Source of the DNA: Photobacterium malacitanum
GTDB lineage: Bacteria; Pseudomonadota; Gammaproteobacteria; Enterobacterales; Vibrionaceae
Reading direction: 5' to 3'
Assembly: GCF_900185615.1 (NCBI RefSeq)
Contig: NZ_FYAK01000001.1
Span: 195,701-219,700, forward strand
DNA length: 24,000 nt
Shown here: piece after piece, positions 1-7,840 of the stretch
Layout of the letters: each line of letters opens with the position of its first letter
Numbering within the stretch: position 1 is the first letter of the stretch
Position numbers and translations under genes: made by a program
The notes under the pieces: model-generated
Seen by the model: the letters and a program-made list of their open reading frames with translations, nothing else
Told to the model about the DNA's origin: nothing
Databases searched by the model: none

Positions 1-290
1 AGCATTGCACTTAACCAGTAACCCCAAGCAGAACAAAATCCCACAAAATCGCCAAAACCTGCTTGGGCGTAGCCAAAAACGCCACTATTAATATTAGGTT
101 TTAGTAATGATAAAATTTGAAAAGACATAGCAAGGAATATCATGCCTACACCCGTAATAGCCCAGCCGATTATGACTGCTGCAGGGCTAGCAACAGCTGC
201 CATATTTTGTGGCAGACTAAAAACCCCCGCACCAATCATTGAGCCGATTACAAATGCAGTTAATGCACCAAATCCGAGCTTATTATCCAT
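1..290 (-). CDS. arcD: Basic amino acid/polyamine antiporter (APC superfamily, ArcD-like arginine:ornithine antiporter). Only the N-terminal ~96 codons are present; the gene runs off the left edge.
   Basis: Absent from the ORF track because it is truncated. Manual reverse-strand translation from the ATG at 288-290 gives MDNKLGFGALTAFVIGSMIGAGVFSLPQNMAAVASPAAVIIGWAITGVGMIFLAMSFQILSLLKPNINSGVFGYAQAGFGDFVGFCSAWGYWLSAM. The blocks GSMIGxGxFSLPQNMA and GFxSAWGYW match my memory of ArcD/YdgI-type antiporters. Confidence 0.7.
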   Translation of the reverse strand, partial: MDNKLGFGALTAFVIGSMIGAGVFSLPQNMAAVASPAAVIIGWAITGVGMIFLAMSFQILSLLKPNINSGVFGYAQAGFGDFVGFCSAWGYWLSAM

Positions 291-490
291 TCTGAAACCT
301 AGTATTTAAATATTAATTTACTCGATTATATGGATTTTCATTATGCGTAAAAGCTATTTTTAATTTTTTTCATATTAAAAGAAATATATTTTCAAATAAA
401 AAAATATAAGTTGTATATATATCTTTACTGGTTGTATGTAATGTTAGCGTTGGTGTAACTTGTTGATAACATTGGCGCCTATAAAATAGC

Positions 491-961
491 TTAATGGAAT
501 GTTAATTGTGCTTTAATGTTCTGGTTTAATACAAAAGCTAATGTTTTACCTTGTTCGGCAGCCGTTGTAATAATAGGAGTATTAAATGCTTCAATTTCGC
601 CTGTAACAATAACAGCAGAGCAATTTCCCATTTCTAATGCTTTTGCCATAAGTAAATGTTTACTTTGATTTTTAGCATTTTTAAGTAGCAGCACTTTATT
701 AATATCAATGCCGGCATTGATGAGCAATTGTTTATCTAACAGTGCGTCTTGGCCAATAAACATGATCCAGCGATTTTCTTCATTTGCTTGTTTAAGAAGA
801 CGTAAAAAATATGCCAGTTGAGCTTGTTGTTGTTCACTATAGCTGACCTCAATCGGAACAGCCCTTGACGGAGATTCTATACCATTTAAATGCGATCCAA
901 ATGTGGCTTTGTAAACGTCAGAAGCAGTAATAAATTCTTGAGTCTGCATTAGTGCTTTCAT
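491..961 (-). CDS. sulA: SOS-inducible cell division inhibitor SulA
   Basis: NRWIMFIGQDALLDKQLLINAGIDINKVLLLKNAKNQSKHLLMAKALEMGNCSAVIV aligns with E. coli SulA [30 protein letters not shown]...VESMVRALRTGNYSVVIGW (from memory). Size is ~156-171 aa. An SOS box lies immediately upstream. I moved the start from the track's 1006 to the ATG at 959-961 (MKALMQTQEF). That ATG has a GGAG Shine-Dalgarno 8 nt upstream, whereas the track's ATG lies inside the LexA box. Confidence 0.8.
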   Translation of the reverse strand: MKALMQTQEFITASDVYKATFGSHLNGIESPSRAVPIEVSYSEQQQAQLAYFLRLLKQANEENRWIMFIGQDALLDKQLLINAGIDINKVLLLKNAKNQSKHLLMAKALEMGNCSAVIVTGEIEAFNTPIITTAAEQGKTLAFVLNQNIKAQLTFH

Positions 962-994
962 AGTGTCATCTCCGACAGTGGTTATATATACATG

Positions 995-1010
995 CTGTAT
1001 GTCCATACAG
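995..1010. promoter_or_regulatory. LexA (SOS) box CTGTATGTCCATACAG upstream of sulA
   Basis: Perfect CTGT-N8-ACAG palindrome. With flanks, GCTGTATGTCCATACAGTAG is nearly identical to the E. coli sulA SOS box TACTGTACATCCATACAGTA (from memory). On the minus strand a TTGCAT -35-like hexamer lies 17 nt upstream of the TACTGT that starts the box. Confidence 0.8.
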
Positions 1011-1416
1011 TAGTTTTATTCTGATTGAGATGCAAGCGTTATTTGTCGCATGTATAGGATAAATATAAAAAATGAGTCGGCCTGAATATCACAAGATATT
1101 TGATTAAGGTGTTGAAAATAAAGGATTAATTTTTTAGTGGTGGTGTTTTTATTAACGAATATCTGAAATGAAATTTTATTACGATACGAAATTTTGAGTT
1201 ATATCCCAAAAATTTATACAGTAGTTTTACTGTGTAAACATAAAGATGCGGTGCGTTGGAAAGCAAGAGTTGGTCAAACTACGGCAAGGAGTGTCAGCGT
1301 ATATATTGACTAATTGATTTAATTTTCAATGAGTGGCTTTATGAAAAATAATAATGAGTTTTAGCGATGATTATTATCTTCTTAGGTGGGAATCTAAGAT
1401 TAGTATAATAGAACAA

Positions 1417-1449
1417 CCAATGAGTAAGCTGCTAAGGCAAACTCATTGG
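1417..1449 (-). terminator. Weak candidate terminator hairpin downstream of the 203-aa ORF
   Basis: CCAATGAGT / ACTCATTGG form a 9-bp stem with a 15-nt loop, 28 nt past the stop at 1477. On the minus strand it is followed by TTGTTCTATT. The large loop and AT-rich stem make this weak. Confidence 0.3.
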
Positions 1450-1476
1450 TATTGTCAATTACAATGAAGTGTGAAA

Positions 1477-2088
1477 TTAAAGTCTAAAAAGTTCAACACG
1501 AAGGTGGTTTTCATCTTCATATGCAATAACAGATTGGAAATAACCGCTTTGATCAATAGCCGCAGAGAAAATGTCTTTGTGCTCGGTATTACCAATAAAT
1601 AAAATTTGAGTTGATTTGGTCATCAGGCCATCATCATCAAAACTTGATGTTAAATCTTCATCTACCACGCACACTAAGACGTTACCAAACCGCGCTTTCA
1701 AATTGATATTATGTGCTAATGAGTATTGCACTTTGGTATTTAATTGTGATTCGACTTCTTCAATCAGATCAACAAAGCGATAAAGATCAGTAGAGCTGGT
1801 TTGTAGCATACGCTCTCGATCATTATTTAGGATTGATGCTAAACAGGCGCCCGTTTTCCTACCGCGCAATAACCAACTTTTGGTCGATTTCTTAACGGCA
1901 CGGTATCGATTATCTTTTAGGATTCGTTTCAGGTACTGAACAAGTAAATTATTTTGCTCAGTCAATGATAGGCGACGTTCAAGTTTTTTAAATTCTAGAT
2001 GTAGTAGGGCATGAGTACTAATATCGAGTAGTTGTTGAGACTGATTCATTTCTGTACCGAGTTGGAGCGGGTTTGATAATAATATCAT
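1477..2088 (-). CDS. Hypothetical protein (203 aa from the track start; possibly 190 aa from MNQSQQLL at 2049)
   Basis: Long uninterrupted ORF with ordinary amino-acid composition and no signal peptide or TM segment. I recognise no motif. Neither candidate start has a clear Shine-Dalgarno. Confidence 0.55.
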   Translation of the reverse strand: MILLSNPLQLGTEMNQSQQLLDISTHALLHLEFKKLERRLSLTEQNNLLVQYLKRILKDNRYRAVKKSTKSWLLRGRKTGACLASILNNDRERMLQTSSTDLYRFVDLIEEVESQLNTKVQYSLAHNINLKARFGNVLVCVVDEDLTSSFDDDGLMTKSTQILFIGNTEHKDIFSAAIDQSGYFQSVIAYEDENHLRVELFRL

Positions 2089-2309
2089 ACTATTACTGAA
2101 GTACGATAATAGTTAATACGTTAATTATAAATTGCAAAATTAAGCTTAATCATTTTTATATTAAGTGATATTAATCGCATAAATTTTATATATTACGTCA
2201 TAAATAGTTGTAAAAACTTGAGCACATGGCAAGGCACAATAATATTTTCTCATTTATAGTGAATATTATGGTGGTTAAGGCGCCTTGTTAAGATCATCAG
2301 GTTTAGGCA

Positions 2310-3554
2310 TTACTGTGGTGTTAGAAAGCAATCTAATACTTTAAATAAGGTGTCTATTTCATTATAAGTATTGTAATGCATACAGCCAATACGAATAACC
2401 CCACCTTTATTGAGTAGCTTTAATTGTTCGCATAATCCTTGTGCATAAAAATGCCCGTGCCAAACACAGATATTGTGGTTACTAAGATAGCTGGCGACTT
2501 CTGCAGGTGTTGTATTATCAATCCTGATCGCGAAAGTTGGTGTACGTTGTTGATGATGATTGATGCCATATAAAGTGACATTACTATAGTGGTTTAAATG
2601 GGATAGGAAATATTGGCTAAGTTTGGTTTCATAGGCTTGATAATAATCAAAACTGCGACATAAATGCTGTCGAAGTGATAATGATTGGTTGTCGATATGA
2701 CGGCTGTAATCGGCTAAATAATTAACCGCTGCAATAAATCCAGCCAACGCTTCAAAATTTTGAGTGCCGGTTTCAAAGCGAGCTGGGCCATCATTGGGAG
2801 CGGGCTCGACTTTATAAGGCCTAAGTGTTTGAAGCCATTGTGGCGCAATATAAGCAATTCCAAGGTGGGGACCAAAAAACTTGTATGCAGAGCATACTAA
2901 AAAGTCACAATCTAATGCTTGAACATCAATCAGTCGGTGGGGAGCATAATGGACAGCATCAACATATACTTGTGCACCGACAGCATGGGCTGCTTTAATG
3001 ATGCGTTCTACATCCATTAGTGACCCTGTCACATTTGATGCGTAACTGACGGCGACTAATTTTGTGCGAGAATTGAGTAACGTATTGAAATGATCATAAT
3101 CGAGATCGCAATTGGTACTATTTAAACGTACTTGATGGATGGTCACCCCTTTATCCTCGGCTGCTTGCTGCCAGCTTGATACATTTGAGTAATGATCAAG
3201 TGCAGTAACAATAATCTCATCGCCCTGTTGCCAATCTCTGGCTATTGTTCGACTTAGATGAAAAGTGAGGCTGGTCATATTAGCCCCAAAAACAACATTG
3301 TTAGCTGAGGGAGCGTTAATTAAAACTTGTGCTACCTGACGAGCCTCTTTCATTAATGCTGTCGTTGCAACGCTAGTAAAAAAAGATCCGCCTAAGTTTG
3401 AATTAAAATGACCTAAGTAATAACTCATTGTATCTAACACTGTTTGAGGAACTTGTGACCCTCCAGGACCGTCAAAAAAACAGACTGGTTTATTATTTAT
3501 TTGCTGATTTAACGCCGGAAATAAGCACCGATTTTCTAAGGGATCAAAGGTCAT
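2310..3554 (-). CDS. Class-V aminotransferase-fold PLP enzyme (cysteine desulfurase-like family, probably not a true desulfurase)
   Basis: Has D199-A-V-H202 and S222-A-Y-K225 (SAYKFFGPHLG), the PLP-lysine block typical of the NifS/SufS/CsdA fold. GGAGA sits 6 nt upstream of the ATG at 3552-3554. The C-terminal VWHGHFYAQGL...IRIGCMHYNTYNEID aligns with SufS VRTGHHCAMPL...RASLAMYNTHEEVD (from memory), putting Tyr370 where the persulfide Cys sits. Confidence 0.9.
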   Translation of the reverse strand: MTFDPLENRCLFPALNQQINNKPVCFFDGPGGSQVPQTVLDTMSYYLGHFNSNLGGSFFTSVATTALMKEARQVAQVLINAPSANNVVFGANMTSLTFHLSRTIARDWQQGDEIIVTALDHYSNVSSWQQAAEDKGVTIHQVRLNSTNCDLDYDHFNTLLNSRTKLVAVSYASNVTGSLMDVERIIKAAHAVGAQVYVDAVHYAPHRLIDVQALDCDFLVCSAYKFFGPHLGIAYIAPQWLQTLRPYKVEPAPNDGPARFETGTQNFEALAGFIAAVNYLADYSRHIDNQSLSLRQHLCRSFDYYQAYETKLSQYFLSHLNHYSNVTLYGINHHQQRTPTFAIRIDNTTPAEVASYLSNHNICVWHGHFYAQGLCEQLKLLNKGGVIRIGCMHYNTYNEIDTLFKVLDCFLTPQ

Positions 3555-4197
3555 GTTGAATCTCCTTGGTGGTTAGCACAAAGACATCCCAATAACCTTG
3601 ATGGTGTTTTTTGATCGTTTTAATAGGATGGGCGTTATGCCATAAAATTTCATCAGCTAAAATAGCCATTTCGCCATGTTGTAGGGTTGTACACAGAATC
3701 GGTGACGAGTTGTTATCTTTATAAACTAAAAACTCACCACCATGGATGTTGTGACGTTTTATTCCAATCACTGCAATATGTTCAAACCCATCTTGGTGAA
3801 TGCCTTCGGGTGATGTTGGTACTTCGCCATCAATAACAGTGACACGCATCTGGTGAATTTCAATGGGTTGGTCATTAGGAATAGCATTGGCATCTTGAAA
3901 TAATTGGCACATCTCAAGCATTCCGCTACAGGTTATGACCGCATCTTCTAGAGGCTCAAAATGGCGAATTACGTTACCTTGAAAATGATTGATATCATCA
4001 GATTGAACAAAATCTGCAGCAGGTAACTGGACAAGTTTTCCATCATGTAAAGCAACAATGGAATAGCGGCGTAACCGATACTGGCCATCAGCATGACAGG
4101 TGTGAGGTAAACGTATAAACGAAGGAGCTAATTCATTGACTGCATGCTCACTCAGTTGAGTAAGTTGTAAACTACGCATTAGTGGCGTCATCATCAT
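3544..4197 (-). CDS. 2OG/Fe(II)-dependent dioxygenase of the small free-amino-acid hydroxylase type (PF10014-like)
   Basis: Candidate H134-Q-D136...H187 facial triad with 53-residue spacing, as I recall for L-isoleucine dioxygenase-type enzymes. Also carries an RRYS block near the N-terminus. GGAGA lies just upstream of the ATGATGATG start. The stop overlaps the downstream PLP gene by 11 nt. Confidence 0.75.
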   Translation of the reverse strand: MMMTPLMRSLQLTQLSEHAVNELAPSFIRLPHTCHADGQYRLRRYSIVALHDGKLVQLPAADFVQSDDINHFQGNVIRHFEPLEDAVITCSGMLEMCQLFQDANAIPNDQPIEIHQMRVTVIDGEVPTSPEGIHQDGFEHIAVIGIKRHNIHGGEFLVYKDNNSSPILCTTLQHGEMAILADEILWHNAHPIKTIKKHHQGYWDVFVLTTKEIQHDL

Positions 4198-4779
4198 ACA
4201 TCTCCTTTATCAGCATGACTTATAAATAGAGTTGGCTAAAAATCTAAATATTACAAATATAATCGACTATATTTTGGTTTAATTAGCTAAAAATAGAATT
4301 AAAGTTCATATATTACGATAAGTTTGGCATTTAAAACTGTATGAAAAGGAACTAATAGTATGGTGGAATAGCAGTAACGATAAATAGTGAATAATTAAAC
4401 AATTATCGAATTAAAGACTGTATTGTTAAACAAAACGGGCATAAAAATAATATTTTCTTATTACAATGATTAAAAATAGCGGGTAAAACAGACAATAAAT
4501 ACTAAGTAGTGGCATTTATTCTTATTAGTGATAGCTGCAGAATAATGCGTGTGTAACAAAATGTTTCTTTAATTAAAATGGATGTTTTTTATTTCATTGC
4601 ATATCATGTGCTTATGAAAAGTATAAGTTTTTATTATTATATGTGCCTGAGTTATGATTTCATTGGTACATGGTTGTTTTTGTATATTCCTCCCCCCAAC
4701 AAAAATGAAAGCAATGGCAGCGTTATTATCTATATGCTCAATAGAGAGACGGTGCTTATTATAAAATAATGAGATCAAC

Positions 4780-6141
4780 ATGCCTTTAAAATTAAAAAAA
4801 CTATCATTAGCAATCGCAGTTATTGCGACTAATTTTGCTGCTGTAGCGACTGTTAGCGCACACGGCTGGGCTGATTTTCCGCCATCACGTACTGAAATTT
4901 GCGATCGTGACGGTGGCTACTGGCAAAATAAAATTCCTAATGCGGCATGTCAGGCTCTTTGGGATAAATCAAACGCCCATCCTTTTACTCAAAAGAATGA
5001 AAATGCAGCCTTAACCGCCGATTACAACAATATTGAAGAAGTAAAAAAACAAGTTGTTGATGGTCTGTTATGTGCAGGTGGCGATCAGAAAAAAGCGGGT
5101 TTAGATATTCCACATAATGAGTGGCAGCACACAGAAGTTATTGTTGATGCTAACGGCGAGTTTGATTTTAAGTGGGTTGCAACTGCGACACATAATCCAT
5201 CATTTTGGCAGTTCTACATAACGAAGCCAGGTTACGATAAATCACAACCATTAACGTGGAATGATGTAGAGTTAGTTGATGAAGTAGGTAATATCGAGCC
5301 AACGGAAGCAACACCATATGATACGTATAACTTTAAAGTGAAACTGCCAAAAGATCGTATTGGTGATGACGTTATCCTTTATTCTCGTTGGCAGCGTATT
5401 GATCCAGCTGGTGAAGGATTCTACAACTGTAGTGATATCACTATTAAGCAGGGTAATGGTGATATTACACCACCACCTGTTGTCGGTGGCGATTTACATG
5501 CAATACCTGGTTTTTTTGTTAAGCCAGGTTTTACACCTGTTGAAGGTGATACAGTCCGCTTTCGTTTAATGGCGCCAGGTACTGGCGTAGAAGTATTGGA
5601 TCAACGCTTGGTGATCACGGCTGCTAACCAAGCTTTGTGGGCTCAAACCTTAGCTGAGCAAATTAATATACTAGCAACAGACAGATTATTTATTGGCGTT
5701 TGGAATCAAACTGCGGCTAAGTACGAGTTTAATGCTAAGAATATTCATGCTAACCAAGTATGGGTAGAAGCTGAAAACTACGGCTTTGCGTTAAGTATTT
5801 TTAAAGATCTTGAGCCATTACCGCCGGTAGTAGATCCTGAATTACCTGAAGGTAGCTGGAGCAAGTCTGCAACTTATGTTGCTGGTGATGTGGTAACACA
5901 TGGTGGTAAAACGTGGAAAGCTGGCTGGTGGACTCAAGGTGAACAACCCGGTGTTGCGAATGTATGGACACAAGTTCTTACTGATGGCGAAACACCAGAT
6001 GTTAGTGCTTGGTCTGCAACGAAAACATACAATGAAAATGATGTCGTTATTCATAGCGGCATTAGCTGGAAAGCATACTGGAACACAGTAGGTGAAGAAC
6101 CAGGAACAACAGGTGAGTGGGGGGTATGGCGTAAGCTGTAA
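4780..6141 (+). CDS. Secreted lytic polysaccharide monooxygenase (AA10, CbpD-type chitin-binding protein) with two C-terminal CBM5/12-like chitin-binding modules
   Basis: The signal peptide ends VSA|HGW, so His28 would become the mature N-terminus (histidine brace). The second brace His is in ATATH138NPSFWQFYITKPGY. Blocks HGxxxxPPSR..C, DGxLCxAG, FYITKxGYxxxxPLxWxD and WQRxDxxExFYxCxD parallel Pseudomonas CbpD (from memory). Two repeated modules are present: WSKSATYVAGDVVTHGGKTWKAGWWTQGEQPG (nt ~5851-5979) and WSATKTYNENDVVIHSGISWKAYWNTVGEEPG (nt ~6004-6138). Confidence 0.9.
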   Translation: MPLKLKKLSLAIAVIATNFAAVATVSAHGWADFPPSRTEICDRDGGYWQNKIPNAACQALWDKSNAHPFTQKNENAALTADYNNIEEVKKQVVDGLLCAGGDQKKAGLDIPHNEWQHTEVIVDANGEFDFKWVATATHNPSFWQFYITKPGYDKSQPLTWNDVELVDEVGNIEPTEATPYDTYNFKVKLPKDRIGDDVILYSRWQRIDPAGEGFYNCSDITIKQGNGDITPPPVVGGDLHAIPGFFVKPGFTPVEGDTVRFRLMAPGTGVEVLDQRLVITAANQALWAQTLAEQINILATDRLFIGVWNQTAAKYEFNAKNIHANQVWVEAENYGFALSIFKDLEPLPPVVDPELPEGSWSKSATYVAGDVVTHGGKTWKAGWWTQGEQPGVANVWTQVLTDGETPDVSAWSATKTYNENDVVIHSGISWKAYWNTVGEEPGTTGEWGVWRKL

Positions 6142-6166
6142 TTCTTAACCGATAAAATTTGTCTGT

Positions 6167-6191
6167 GGCCTGCATTTGTGCAGGCCTTTTT
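6167..6191 (+). terminator. Rho-independent terminator after the LPMO gene
   Basis: GGCCTGCA-tttg-TGCAGGCC forms an 8-bp GC-rich stem followed by TTTTT, 26 nt after the stop codon. It lies 8 nt from the stop of the convergent 160-aa gene. Confidence 0.8.
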
Positions 6192-6198
6192 GTATCGA

Positions 6199-6681
6199 TT
6201 ATTCTTTAACGATACGTAAGCTGATTAATTGATTTGGACGGCCGTGTAATTCAACCAAATAACTGCCCCATTCATGAGTATTAACATGATGTAGTGCTAA
6301 TTTTTGCTCAATACAATATAGATTAGTAATGTACTGGCCATTGATATCAGCCCCTTTGATGGTTAATTTTACGTTTGGATTAGTCGCAAACACCATTTTT
6401 TCATTCCATTCTTTTATCGCTAATTGAACATATGCTTGACCTTTAGCATTGAGTGTTAGCGAATATCCCAAGCTTTTGTCAAATATTTGTTCTAACTGTA
6501 TTGCTTCATCTGGAGTATTTGCCGTTACTTGATTAACTGGGGTCACATTACATGTTGCTTGATAAGGCGTAATAAAATAGGTATTGCGACCTTTAATTTC
6601 CGCATCAGAAGGGATCTGAGGTGCGGCAATCACAGGTGAACTAACTGCAATAGTGAGCAAAGCTGACAGTGTTTTTTTCAT
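6199..6681 (-). CDS. Small secreted/periplasmic protein of unknown function, apparently co-transcribed with the di-haem peroxidase
   Basis: Sec signal peptide MKKTLSALLTIAVSSPVIAA|PQ. The start is 10 nt after the stop of the upstream di-haem gene. The mature part has two Cys (C44, C123) and a His/Trp cluster L-H131-H132-VNT-H136-E-W138...H146. Confidence 0.7.
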   Translation of the reverse strand: MKKTLSALLTIAVSSPVIAAPQIPSDAEIKGRNTYFITPYQATCNVTPVNQVTANTPDEAIQLEQIFDKSLGYSLTLNAKGQAYVQLAIKEWNEKMVFATNPNVKLTIKGADINGQYITNLYCIEQKLALHHVNTHEWGSYLVELHGRPNQLISLRIVKE

Positions 6682-6691
6682 CGTTATATTC

Positions 6692-7840
6692 TTATTGTTG
6701 AAGTGGAAAAGCCGTGATGCAATTTGGTGGATCTTGTTTGGTTTTTAATGGAATTATTTGGCAAAAAGGACTCTGGTGAGCTGGATCTTTGCTCATGTCA
6801 CGGGTAGATAAACTAGCAAAAAAAGCCAATAAAGCCTGTTTTTCAGCAGGTGTTAACCTAAAGCCTTGTAACCGCGAATCTTTACTTAAATGTTTACGGC
6901 CATCGCCTTTATTGGGACCGACAGTGATAATACGTCCACCAGCTGCATAACTATCAAGCACTGCTTCAAGTTGATTAAAGCTACCATCATGTCCCCATGG
7001 TCCAGTATTGCTAACGTTAATCAATGACGGAATTCTAAACTTACCATCATCCATTTTTTGTTGAGTAAACTGACGTAGTCCTGTTTCATGGGTTGGATAT
7101 CCATATTCTTCGAGGTTATTTTTAATGCCATAAAGACCAGTATTGTAATAGCGGTTATTAGTGGCTGGTGGTTGGTTTAGTAACGGTCCTGCATGGCATT
7201 GAGAACAACCTAATCGTTGGCTATTAAATAGAATTAATCCTTGTTGCTGTTGGCTATTAAGCGCTGTTTTATCACCTTTAATAAAAGCATGATAAGCAGT
7301 ATCGGTATCAACAATTGTCATAACATAACGACTTAATGCGTTGATCACTCTTGCTGTGGATATTGTGCTGTCACCAAAACTAGCTTCAAAAAGAGGTGGG
7401 TATAAGGTATTTGCTTGTTGCAGACGCTTGAGTAGTAATGCATCTGTCATTCCCATTTCTGGTGGATGTAATGAAAATAGCGGTAATTTAATAGTGTCAG
7501 TGAGTGTGGTTAAATTGGGCTGACGTTGCATAAACGCAGTTAGCAGTGCGCTATTAAGTAATGACGGTGTATTGAGAGTGGTAGGATTGTTATTGATATC
7601 TGGTACTTTAGCAAAACGGTTAGTCCACCCTAAATCAGGTGCATGACACAACGCACAGCTACGATTTCCTGTTTTAGAAAGTCGATTATCGTTAAATAAA
7701 TACTTACCAAGGGTGACTTTTGCTACATCTTGTCTATCGTTTTGAGTCATCGTTGCTGCATACAATGTTGACGTTAATGCTATGAGCGGCGTTAAGAAAA
7801 GGACTGCAATGATACGGTAAATAACAGTCATGATAGACAT
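6692..7840 (-). CDS. Di-haem cytochrome c peroxidase family protein (CCP/MauG/MbnH-like)
   Basis: Two CxxCH haem c motifs (C63ALCH67, C213SQCH217) about 150 residues apart. Also PSLINVSNTGPWGHDGSF (family block PSLRNV...P(Y/F)xHDG) and an N-terminal signal/anchor. The track start at 7843 is TTG, so I use the adjacent ATG at 7838-7840. Neither start has a good Shine-Dalgarno. Confidence 0.9.
   Translation of the reverse strand: MSIMTVIYRIIAVLFLTPLIALTSTLYAATMTQNDRQDVAKVTLGKYLFNDNRLSKTGNRSCALCHAPDLGWTNRFAKVPDINNNPTTLNTPSLLNSALLTAFMQRQPNLTTLTDTIKLPLFSLHPPEMGMTDALLLKRLQQANTLYPPLFEASFGDSTISTARVINALSRYVMTIVDTDTAYHAFIKGDKTALNSQQQQGLILFNSQRLGCSQCHAGPLLNQPPATNNRYYNTGLYGIKNNLEEYGYPTHETGLRQFTQQKMDDGKFRIPSLINVSNTGPWGHDGSFNQLEAVLDSYAAGGRIITVGPNKGDGRKHLSKDSRLQGFRLTPAEKQALLAFFASLSTRDMSKDPAHQSPFCQIIPLKTKQDPPNCITAFPLQQ

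Noticed and set aside
1218-1233. ACAGTAGTTTTACTGT as a second LexA box.
   Set aside because: The half-sites are in the wrong order (ACAG-N8-CTGT rather than CTGT-N8-ACAG). Neither flank completes a proper box (CCCA at 1205-1208, AAAG at 1242-1245). I kept it only as a repeat observation.
1477-2088. The idea that the 203-aa protein is TfoX/Sxy, because sxy neighbours sulA in E. coli and has a similar length.
   Set aside because: None of the TfoX N- or C-domain blocks I remember are present. Positional analogy alone is insufficient.
4569-4781. Two mutually antisense track ORFs (4569-4781 minus, 4578-4769 plus) in the LPMO upstream region.
   Set aside because: Both lie in very AT-rich DNA and have low-complexity Ile/Phe/Tyr/Asn-rich products. 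Neither has a Shine-Dalgarno. They occupy the same bases on opposite strands, which is typical of chance ORFs in AT-rich sequence.
5360-6091. Alternative-frame and antisense ORFs inside the LPMO gene (5360-5569, 5842-6054, 5900-6091), and similar ones at 7341-7523, 19379-19564, 21117-21365 and 22875-23063.
   Set aside because: They sit inside well-supported genes and have hydrophobic or low-complexity products with no Shine-Dalgarno. I treat them as shadow ORFs.
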